Below are positions 53,385 through 64,000 of a stretch of 64,000 nt of DNA, in pieces; the first letter of the stretch is position 1, and every line of letters starts with the position of its first letter. Location of the stretch: positions 1,971,659 through 2,035,658 of the forward strand of contig OZ316895.1 of the NCBI GenBank assembly GCA_973895155.1, read 5' to 3'. The position numbers and the translations under genes were made by a program. The notes under the pieces were generated by a model. It was not told the DNA's origin and searched no databases. It saw only the letters and a program-made list of their open reading frames with translations. The stretch is from Marsupella aquatica (taxonomy: Eukaryota; Plantae; Marchantiophyta).

Positions 53385-56300
53385 TCAACTGCTCCCCAAA
53401 GGTCCAGGGCCGAGGCGTGGTCGTGCCATATTCAGTGCTCCTCTTGCAGTGGCCTGTTGAAGTCAAGGTACACAGTGTTATGTGAAGGAGGCTCTTATTT
53501 TCCCCCTCATAACAGAGGATCAACTACGAGATGGGACTGATTCGTGCCTCACGCGAGATGACATCTTTCACTACTGAATAACAAAAGCCTTGTGCAGACC
53601 CTAAACTTAGGAACAATCCTCATTACGTCCATCACATGAAGACTGGAAAAGCGGTGAATCGTTCCGAAGAGGTTAAACACCATTCAGATCCTTCTACCCA
53701 ACAATCTAACTTGTGGAATCATATCTTGTGTAATGCTTTTTTGTAAAACTAGCTTAGCCCAAATCTTGACTCAGTCTGCTAGCCTCATGACCATAGGCTA
53801 GCATAACAAAAATACCTCAAAAAACGAGTTGTAATTCAACCGCAGAAGGAACTGACGAAGAAATGGAGCTCGTTGACTGCCAGCAAGCTTGCTGCTCCTC
53901 AAAATAGTGTACAGGGAGTTTGACTTCTTGTTGAACTCCTACAAAACCATAACCGACGAAAAGAGTGAAACAGACTGCCAGCTTGGACAAAAAACGCCAT
54001 CTTATACCAACTTGATTGAAGCAAAGAACATTCTCAACAGCAAAACGGTCCAATGAACGTCGATGGCTTGGTGAACGTCGAGCGCCGACGCCCCTGTTAA
54101 CATTACAGATAAAGTCGAAATCAACGATGTGAGACCGGGCAATAAACATGCATGGTCCCATGATAGACAGTGAATGCACCTCTGTTATCTGTTCAAGTTC
54201 TGCAGTGCCAGGAGTCCCATCCTGTTGCTCTATGACTCGGCATAGCTGCAAGCAGAGCTTGATAATGCTGTCTAATATCCTTGACACGGATCCAATATCT
54301 AAAAACGATTGTGATATGAGAGCTGATAAGTACCTGTAGTGGTCCAACAGGCAAATGTGAGAACGATGAAGCTGGACATCAGTGTCTTCACAGGTATATA
54401 TACAAATGCAAAGAGCGTAAAAGTGAAACGGGGTATGAAAATAACTCCACGTTCGAGTTTCATTCTGTGGAAAAGTTTTTATTTAGACGACCACAATAGC
54501 AGAGTACTATGCAAGGGAAGAAACCTACTCTTGATGAAACCGTGCTAGTTCTGTAAAATCTTTCGAGGCCTCAACTCGCTCCTGTAAAAGATTCCATTGT
54601 GACTCTATAACATCGACCTGGCCACAAACAAGATCGCAAGGCAAAACAAAGTCACTTGTTTATGTCTTAGGCAGTAGGGACCAATACGAAGGCAAGGCCT
54701 TCACAACTCCACCGTAGAACTCTCCATACTTTGGTTTCCCCAATGTCTATTCCTAAAACTTTCAAGTTCATGACTGATGAAATTTGGTTGCCAAAATCAT
54801 GTCCATGAAAGAATCGAAGATTACTTGCAACCTAAGATAATAGCTAGTAAGCACACCTGGATGTAGAACTGTAAATTTGTGATAAGGTAGGTCATGTGCT
54901 GCCGTACACGCCACATCGGCATACGTAATTGTCGTCGCTGCCATGCATGGCTTCCATTAACTGGATCCTTTCGTTGCCTCCGAGAGTCTGCCCTATCAAA
55001 GTGCATGGCTTCTGCCCACGACTTTTCCAACTCGAGCTGTATCCGCTTCAGTCGAAGCAGATACTGGAAGACTTTGCTATACCTGAGGTCAAACAGATAC
55101 ATCACCATAAGCCTGACCATATCGAGCAATGCAGCAATTCTTGGACACTAATTGACTCCATGATTTTGATTGCGACAGCCACAGATCCTACGGAGCGATT
55201 GTAAGCCATGCTTCTTGATTCATAGGATTCCGGGCAAGTCATCAGGTGACTGATAGAACCTTGATATGAAAAAGCTATTAAACTGTGGCACCATACCAAA
55301 TGATCACTCTGCAGGGAATATCAGCGGAAACAAAATCACCAGTAAACGACTATACAGCGGGTATATCTTACTTTGCGAGAACTTCTTGCGTGAACAACAA
55401 CTGCAAAGGCCAGTCGATGGAGTAGTCCAATGCAAGACCGTCCCATCCGTCATAAGCAAGACTTGCTGATGACTCGCCAAAAGCACTTAAAGCCGCACTG
55501 GAAATACCATCATAACCGATTCTTTGCCTTGAGATATCTGCTGGGATGTTCCCAGTGTTAAATGATTTGCCAAGCAATGGCATCCTGCGAATATGTTCCG
55601 AACGTTGAGCTATCAAAATTTACAATTTGATAAGAGTTTACAGCAGAAACTGTTTCTTCACATGTAGCTGTGGTATTCGACATTTAATTTGCGTTCATGC
55701 CATAGCGTTCTGCATTTCATAACTCTTAAACATAAGTCCCGCAAGAATCCATATCCAAGGTTGCACTTCAGATTAATAGTCCCCTCTAACTTTAGTACTC
55801 CAGAGATATACGTTAGCATCCAAAAATCCATACCTTAGTGAGACCCTGGAAAAGTATTTATCATCATCTCCAATTGCTTTAACCGCTGCCTGCACATAAT
55901 TCACGGGTCTACTCATCCACCTGTAAGATTCAAAAAGGGGAAGAAGCACGGACAGGGCAATGGGACCATTCAAACGCGCTGGTCTGCAATGGTTACCTGC
56001 TGGAATGGTATTTTGAGATCAGCTTCAGCCGTTGATGGCCGTGGTGGGAGTTGCATCAAGCTGCGGCTCTCCTCCAAAAAACACTGCAGCAAAATTGGGC
56101 GGTCCAAGCCATGTCAATTACCAGATACTGTTCAAGCCATTGTACAATAAATGACTGTTCCTAAGCTGACGTTGGATTTTTACAAAGTTTATAATACAAA
56201 GATGCCCCCCGGGAGAGATAATCTTGAAGCACCACGACTAAACGAAAGGCTCTTCAAGCGACCATTTTTATCAGTAAGAAGGAAGTTGAAAGCTGATTCG

Positions 56301-59300
56301 CATGCTGGGCCGTACCTGGAAGAAATCTCCTTTGGCAAGAAGGAAGTAGTCCTTTAAAGCCTTCAAATGGCCTATTAGGTCTGAATGGACAACTACCAGC
56401 TGCAGGAGCACCCAAAATGGAAATCTCAGAATGATAAACAAGAAGGGTCCAGCGATTAGGAATTCCGTTAGCATGCCAGTTCCATCTCCATGCATGTATT
56501 GGAGTTTTCCAATTCAACCACATTTTCTATCACAATTCCTGGTCTCCACTTAGTTTGCGCTTCCGGAATTCGAGATACCCATAGAGTAAACCAAACGGCT
56601 TCAACATTCCTACCATTCAAGTTTCAAGACTTGGCCTCAGTTAATTATTAACTTCGTTCCATTACTAGAACGAATTAGGCACGTAGAAAGAGTGAATGTA
56701 GCCATTACATAAATGCAGTATTGGACCACAGAGAACGGTAAAAACAGACCAGTGACCGAGCCTTAAACTTGAGAGGACCCGGAAAACCACCTGCCAAAGA
56801 TGTGTGGCTGCAATAGCACGAATTGCGTCAACTGCTTGCTCCAGAGACATCTTGTGGAATTCAGGAGCCTCCTGAAAAATTAACGAGATTCTTCGGGTTG
56901 AAATGCTTGTTGGTTTTGGCCAATCTGCATATAAAGGTACAACATGTCTTTTGCAGACTTCCATATTTAGCACTAAGAATCTCGCTTTCCACCGACCACC
57001 ATTCCAACCTCGCCATCAGCCCAAAATGATCAAGACATACTTTGCCCATCAAGACCTAGAAAACAAAACAAATCTCCAGCAATCGAACTCTACTCCCTCC
57101 ACGATCGGAGAATGAAGCTTATACGATAGACATTGAAATTTAGAAATACTGTGACGGGCCTCATGGGCTAAATGACAGACCTTCAAATCACGGAGCATAG
57201 AAGCTATCTTTTCAGCTTCAGCCTCCGGTAAAAGTTCTGGACGGTGAGAATTTCCTCTGCCTGCGATGGAGTCTTTGGAAAATGGTAGTGGCATAAGAAC
57301 ATCATCTGGTCGCTGCTGTCCTTTGGAACCTGGCCTTTGGGATATACTTGTTTCAACCTTGAACGAAGTGCTGGGATTGCGAAGAACTCTAACCGCCTTG
57401 CCCACAAATAGAATGGACTCGGCCACTGGAATTTGAATGTACTCTGGCAGCATCTCCTGAAATGTCTCATGGCGTCAAGGTCAAACTTCACAATATCTTG
57501 GCAAAAGATAAACCAATATCACTCACCTTCCTAATATACAGCAGTGCTTACACAATGAAACGAGGGGCAAGAGTCCATAGACCGACTACAATGCTCTAAG
57601 AAGAACTACCGCCCATCACCGGAGCACAATAGTCTCGAGGTCTATATGGTGATATGACAGTGATGATGGACGGACGGATTTCCCGCAGAAGCCTCAAAGT
57701 GACTACTTACATGACTGATGTGAAAGCCCGTGTGCCAATCCGCCAAACGGGCATCATCCGCTAAGCGACTCCCACCTTTTTCCGATGGTTGCTCAGTGTC
57801 TGCAAGTCCAGTTTGACTTTCACCATCCTGGCCTCTGAAAGCACAGATCGTCTAGAAGATGAATCTCTCGATAGCAAACATGTAAATTCTCAACTATGAA
57901 TGTGGCGACAACTAAGATCTCTGCGTAGTATTTAGATTAAGTGTCACAACTTTTTATGTCCTGTAACTAAATGATTTATAGCCGACAGTGATTTGTAAAG
58001 GACGGGATTCTTAACGATGCTATAAAACGATATTCACTGAATGGGACCCCCGGAGAGAAATAGAGTTTGCGTGATTAATACCTGGTTATAAAAAATTCAA
58101 TGTGGGGATCTTGAAGTAAACCATACACCATCCAAGATGCTAGTTGTCGATACATAACTTGATGTCCATGCCAGAGAAGCCTACAGTAAAACACGGACCC
58201 GGCAAAATTGAAATTGGCTAGGCGGCAAGCTTCAACACATGTCTATAGCATAGATCCCCTAAGAAAGCTGTCCATTTAACAGTTGCTGTGGCCAAACGAC
58301 AACATATCTCTCAGCTTACTGCTTCTTCAATTCAGCCGTAGCTAACATGGTGATTGAAAGATGATTATCTTGAAACAAAATCTTCCCCTAAACTCAGCAA
58401 CCGTCAAGTTCCATCAGAGATTTCCGACGCCAAACCTTTGCATACATGCTTGAAGCTCGGGTACACCACAGTGACATTTGGCATGCAGGAGATTGAGCAG
58501 GCGGCCCCCTTTCAGTTCTTCTCGTTCTACTTCACACACCAAAGCATATAAGGGTGGAAGTAGCAGTTCAAACTGCATAGCCAGCAGCAGATGTATAATC
58601 ATGGTTGTGATCATGATCAACCCCATCAGATGGTCTGATTCATATCCTCTTGACAAATCTCAGTAAGGTTCCAGGGCCCAATGTCTGACTCCCTCTGAGC
58701 TTAAGTATCCTAACTCGTTCATTCAGTTCATTTTTTCTTAATTTTAATTATCCTCAATGTCGTCGATGGATGGAAGAGGAACAAAACTCATTCAACACGT
58801 CAACACTCTTTCCAAGACCTGAATGACACATGAATCAAGACTTAATGCTTCAAATAGGATCTAGAGATCATTCGCAAGCCCTAAGTCTTGTCGCGTGCCT
58901 CGAGCGAATTTCATGATCAAGAGAGTTCAGTTTGGAGTTTCCTATTGGACACCATAGAGGGAGTATTGTTCAGATAGAGATAGACGTGTGCGTACCTGAT
59001 GTAAGCCTTGTGTTACACTCGCCAACACAGGGACAGGATCAGAAAGAAGGTTCTGTTCCACTTTCAGGACCGCAGACCTGTACACAGCTAGGATTTCCGC
59101 AATGCCGTTTGCAAGGGCTCTCCTGTAAACACTGGGAGTCTTATTTCTTTTGACCATAGCAAACAGTCCATTGGTTCCAGTGTTGGCATCTGGATAAGGA
59201 GATTTGATCCAGCTTAAATTCCGACAGCGCACTGTAAACCGGTCAAGCTCCCGATAGTAGAAACCAAGCCGAAGAAGTCTGTCCAGAAGTGCTCTGTCAG

Positions 59301-59746
59301 GTACCAAGAAAGCAAGTTAATCACATGCCACAGCAGCAGAGCAGATTAACTAGTACCTAATACTGCCCAGCTCGACTACAAATTTCGCTGAATTTGTATG
59401 CTATGGAAGAATGTGAAGAAAGCAACATTTCAGCTCAGTTGGACGCCCGCAGAAGAAATAAACCAAGCTTGCAACAAATCAGGAACCCCAGATCGCAGAT
59501 TAAATCTTTATGCCAAACAGAGTTGCCAATGCCAGGTATGTTGATTGAGAAAGCGACCCACCTCTCGGAATCTTGCAAGAATGTGATGTCTGGTGCCAGC
59601 CTGAAAGTGCATTCATCATCGATTTCTTCACTCTCGCCTTTCTCATCCTTGGGGGAAGTGAGCCCAAGAGCTTGGGCCTGCTCTTTCACATCCATGAATA
59701 CATCGCCCGTACAGCCCACCAGAGCCAGCAGCAGCTCATGCAGCAT
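53385..59746 (-). CDS. GCP4: Gamma-tubulin complex component 4, multi-exon
   Basis: MLHELLLALVGCTGDVF start, SVYRRALANG, LASWMVYG, AESILFVGKA, LKDYFLLAKGDFFQ, WPLQLLFT, NLQFYIQ-VDVIESQW, FLLRLNYNSFF. Last exon ATARGALNM...SS* (53453-53385). Confidence 0.95.
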
Positions 59747-60014
59747 CTTCCTCAGCTTTTCAGAATTAGGTTAGCTCACCCGTTTGATGACGGCAGATTT
59801 CTTCTGCATGTTTTGGGCATCAAAATATATGGACTTCGGACACGCATATTTTGAGCATCGAAATATATGGACTTCGGACACGCATGCACGCTGTCGTTTT
59901 GATGTTTTAAGACGCTGCTATTACTGTGTTGGCGTTGCAGGTATATTTTGCTTGAAATCATCGTTGGAACTCCATCAGTGAGTTAACACGACTGTGCACA
60001 TCACGGAGTGAGCT

Positions 60015-60145
60015 ATGGCAACTCACGATTCTTCACTCCCGATGGACAACGAGAAAAGTTATAGCACGCAAGGAGTAAGCGCGGGGTCGTCCAAGAAGCT
60101 GCAAACGGTGGACCTCGTTCTCAGATTTCTCACTTTTGCAAGCAA
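60015..60145 (+). pseudogene. 5' fragment of a CASP-like gene, truncated in the first TM helix
   Basis: ...KKLQTVDLVLRFLTFAS resembles the CASPL TM1 (LRxx motif). The frame then runs into CAG/CAA low-complexity sequence and stops, and no further CASP exons are seen. Confidence 0.5.
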
Positions 60146-60238
60146 GAAACAAGAAACAAACTGGACAGAGGCAACAACAGCAGTAGCAGCTAGGCAAATG
60201 CAGCAACAACAACAAATCGAAACAGAACTGTGAACTGC

Positions 60239-60412
60239 CAGATTTCAGACAACGGAGGGAAAGCAAAGGAGCACACGGGAGACATACCACGAGCCAGCGG
60301 CGCAGGGGGAGTTCGGAACAGAGCCTGATTTCAGACAACGGAGGGAAAGCAAAGGTGCACACGGGAGACATACCACGACCCAGCGGCGCAGGGGGAGTTC
60401 GGAACAGAGCCT
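60239..60412. repeat. 86-bp near-perfect tandem duplication
   Basis: GATTTCAGACAACGGAGGGAAAGCAAAGG...GGAACAGAGCCTG occurs twice. Confidence 0.9.
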
Positions 60413-62569
60413 GCAGCATACCGATATCACAAGGAGAATCGAATCCTGACTGAGCAAACCCAGGGCTCTTCAACAGAAAATCTTGGTGCCCGTCTGGAGC
60501 GAGTGCGGTCGAGGGCTCTTCCAGAAAATAGTTGAATGTGTCCGTAGCAGAGTCCGCAGAGTAGGAAAACGGATTCCGCGTTGAAACGGGGGTCGAGTTT
60601 GAATGCGAAGAGAAGCATAGCGGGTGGTAGCAATTCGAACCGTGTACTCTATTAAGCTCATAATTTGATGGACCCTTCTTTTTTTTATAAACAGTATTTT
60701 TAATTTTTTAAAAACAAAATTTGCAAGCTTTATTTAAAAAACAGAAAAAGCCCCAAGAAGCCCCATGGTGAGGACCTGCAGAGGAGCAAGGGGCAAAACC
60801 CAGGGGCAAAGCAAAAGAACACTGGCGAAGGCCGCAGCAACACCAGGCCCCAAGAAAGCACAGCCCCTGGCCACTAGGTCAAGACTTTTGGGAAGGAATG
60901 AGTCCTAGTCGACCATCTACTAATGGTTGGAAAAAACAATCCACCTACAATCCCACATCCTGTGCACAAAATGGCAGTCCCACTAGATAGGCCTCTACTG
61001 AGAGATAGAAAAGTCTCTAGGATCTGAATAATCCCACCTGGTGTGCCAGTTCCTGCACCTAATAGACAGAGAGACCTTCTTAGGTTGCTTGCACTTGTGA
61101 TAGGAGAACAAGATACTGCCCAGCCAAGGGAGGTGGGCCAGATCTTGCAAATCCTACAAATCCTCCATATCCTAGCTTGTTCCTACATGGTTGTTAATTA
61201 GGAGTTGTTGTGTTAGTCAGAGGCTCTAGTTACCATGGTAGCAAGTCTATCTCAGGCCTTAGTGATAGCAGATTTTGTTTTTAGAGTCTTTGTCTGTTGA
61301 AGAAGAATGTCAACATGCAGCATGACACTATTGAGACTGAGAAGCAGAAGAAATCTAGTAGAGGGGGCATTGAAAAAATTGGGGCATCTTTCAAGCCGTT
61401 GCATTTACAATGTTGTTCAATAAAAGATGTAATTTACTAAAAGATATTGTTTGGCAAAAGACGTCAATGTGTAAAAGATGTTGTTGTGCTAAAGATGTAG
61501 TTAAAGAATTTTCATGGTGCAAAAGATATATTTTTTAGAAAGAACTCATTGTGTAAAAATAATTTGTCGAGTGAAAGAAGTCATGACACAAAGAGAGGTG
61601 ACAACCACCACCAAAGTACAACACAATGAGAATGATTTTTTAAATTGTCTTTGTCATTTATATCTTTTTAAACCATAAAACCCTCCCTGGGCCCGGCAGC
61701 ACCCCCCGCCCCCCCCCCCCCCCTTCCCTTCTTTTTCACTATTTTTCTTGTCTTGTCTTTTTTATTAGATTGTGCACTATTTTATTGATTACCTAATATT
61801 TGTAATTAAACTCCTCTCATGATGTAGCACTTCCTATGCGTGGATGATATGGCATGGAGCATAGTATGGCATGGATGGTGGACGGAGGAGCATGGAGGGT
61901 AAAACTGTAAAAGTGAATACTTTATACTTTTCTTGCTTGGAAACCATATCCACACCAAACATAATTGTTTTCTTCTTATTCCATTCGCTTTTTCCAGTTT
62001 GCTTTTCTTTCACTCAAAAAGCCTCTTCAAATTTGAATGACGACCATTTAAAAAAAGGTGCAACCCTATTATAGTTTTTAATAAAACATAGAGATAAGGG
62101 AGGAGGTAACAAGAAATTGTCCTGGAGGAAAAAAAGGGGGGAGGGCCAGAGAAAGGAAAAAAATAACAAAACTTGAGGAAGAGGAGAATGAAAAAGGTAG
62201 GGAAAATAGAGAATTCCAAGTGAGATAATTTTGCATTTTCCTGCCCCCCCCCCCCCCCATTTAAAAACAATAAGCGTGTATATATTTTTGTATATAAAAT
62301 ATTAATAATTTTAATAAAAAATGCATTGTGTTTTTGGGTGATCATACTACAACTCCGTGATGTAATGACTACTGTCACCCATCTTGCATCCCCATGTTTT
62401 CACCTTCATCCTCCTCAATAGTAACATGTTCACAAGAATGACCAAATGACAACATTTTTGCAACAATGACAAACATCAAGAAACAACTTACTACAGTTTT
62501 TATGCTAGTATATCTTTTTTGTGGCGCATCGGGAATGAGTTTTCTTGCATTTTATTGTTTCCTGAACAA

Positions 62570-63285
62570 CTTTGCCTCACCTCAATATCTTTTCTTTACC
62601 TCAACATCTCTTCTTTACCTCAACATTTTATGTGCAGTGCATGGACATTTTTTGGGTTCTTTACCTCATCATGACATCTTTCCATCACCGTCAACATATT
62701 TTCTCTTATCAACATGTTTTCCTCATCTTTACATCTTTTTATCACCTTGCCATCTTTTCTCTCCTCAACATAGTTTTTTCACTTTGACTTCTTTTCCTCA
62801 CCTTGACATCTTTTTCTCTCATCGACAACTTTTTTCACACCAACATCTTTTCTTCGCCTTGAAATCTTTTTCTCTCATCAACAACTTTTTCACACCAACA
62901 TTTTATTTCACCTCGACATCTTTTTATCTCATTGACAATTTTTTTCACCTGAACATCTTTTGTACATGCAACACATAGGCACTGGGCCTTGGAGGGTTAA
63001 CTAAGTGTATATTTTGGGGTACCACGTGCAATCCTATCCTAATCTAAATAGACCTATTTTATAAAAAAAATATTCCAAGAATATTCTTTATTTTCAATAT
63101 TAATAATCTATTTTACTTTATAAAGGGTATATATTAAAGAATATTCTATAAACATGAGTTTATAATACCTTCTTTTGCTTCCTACGCTTTTAAAAACTTT
63201 AGTTAAAATCTGCCAAAAATACCTATTTTGGATCGCACGTGGTTCCTAAGATTTTTGATAGTCAACCCCCCGAGCACTGGGCTAG
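62570..63285 (+). mobile_element. Helitron-like minisatellite element whose 3' end is split by a MITE
   Basis: Removing 62988-63282 restores ...TGCAACACATAGGCACTGGGCTAG|T. Confidence 0.65.
62988..63274. mobile_element. MITE with 8-bp TSD (CT[C/T]GG-type termini)
   Basis: Perfect TSD CACTGGGC (62980-62987, 63275-63282). TIR CTTGGAGGGTTAACTA versus reverse complement CTCGGGGGGTTGACTA (13/16). Confidence 0.85.
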
Positions 63286-63700
63286 TGTATGTAATATTAG
63301 CTTTAATTAGCTAAAGTTGTGAGAGGCTATTATGGTCCAAAATGCTCTAGTAACACACATTATTATGCCCGGGGTCCTCGCTTCTTTTCTTCCGACCCAT
63401 CATGCGCGAATAAGTATATGGGTTTTTTATTGGGTTTAGTGAAATACTTTTAAATTTTTGTTGAAGAACATTCGCTATTTTAATCCAATTTTGAGAATTA
63501 TAAAAATCATAGGGTTTTTTAAAATCAAATATGAGAATCTTCTTGGAATATTCCATTAAGTTAGGAGTAAAACAATTCCTAAAAAAAATTATTGACTTAA
63601 CTTTTAGGGTGTTTATTCTCCAAAAACTTTGAGCGTGATATGGGACACCCCTTGGATTGAGGCACCTGAGTTATTATGATGAGACAGTGTTACAAATTTT

Positions 63701-63996
63701 CTCAGGGGTCTCACTATATGGGGACCTCCCCATCGCCTACGACGTTTTTAGGCCTCGGACCCCCTAAAATGTAAGAAAAAAAATTATTTTTTAACCCCTA
63801 TAAAGTTGGAATATTCTTGGAATATTCTAAAAATTGGATTAAAAAGACCCTAATGTTCTTATAAGTCTCAAAATTGAATTTAAAAGACCCTATTGTTCTT
63901 CTACAAAAATTCTTAAGTCTTCCCTTAGAACCAATAAAATGACCCTATCCTTCGTCGCACGTGATATGCCATTTTTGTGGAAGTGAAACCCCCGAG
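63701..63996. mobile_element. 296-bp short member of the 13942-16096 TIR family
   Basis: CTCAGGGGTCTCACT...AGTGAAACCCCCGAG. Colinear with 13942-14170 and 16060-16096. Left flank CAAATTTT, right flank begins CAAA at the window edge. Confidence 0.85.
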
Positions 63997-64000
63997 CAAA

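Noticed and set aside
60680-61300. LINE 3' remnant
   Set aside because: Poly(A/T) end and Trp/Cys-rich decayed frames are suggestive, but no RT motif could be read.

Overview
Eukaryotic land-plant genomic DNA, probably a non-seed plant (inferred from divergent housekeeping proteins and compact GT-AG introns). Six spliced host genes are recognisable: plastid cysteine desulfurase NFS2 (-), folate enzyme FolD (+), an ABCA transporter (-), protein kish (-), a nepenthesin-like aspartic protease with a GPI-type tail (+) and gamma-tubulin complex protein GCP4 (-). There is also a truncated CASP-like start. Intergenic DNA is transposon-rich: a full-length but decayed Copia element (5626-12819), two solo LTRs with perfect TSDs, a PIF/Harbinger remnant, minisatellite-filled Helitron-like elements and several MITE families. 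The most notable signal is an unrecognised cassette made of a 19-bp repeat array, a conserved TATA block and two tandem paralogous ~70-aa ORFs. It occurs antisense inside a predicted leader intron of the Copia element and again, diverged but with a codon-level conservation pattern, inside an unrelated TIR DNA element with an 8-bp TSD. It may be an accessory gene module shared between transposon classes. All calls were made by eye, with no searches or alignments run.
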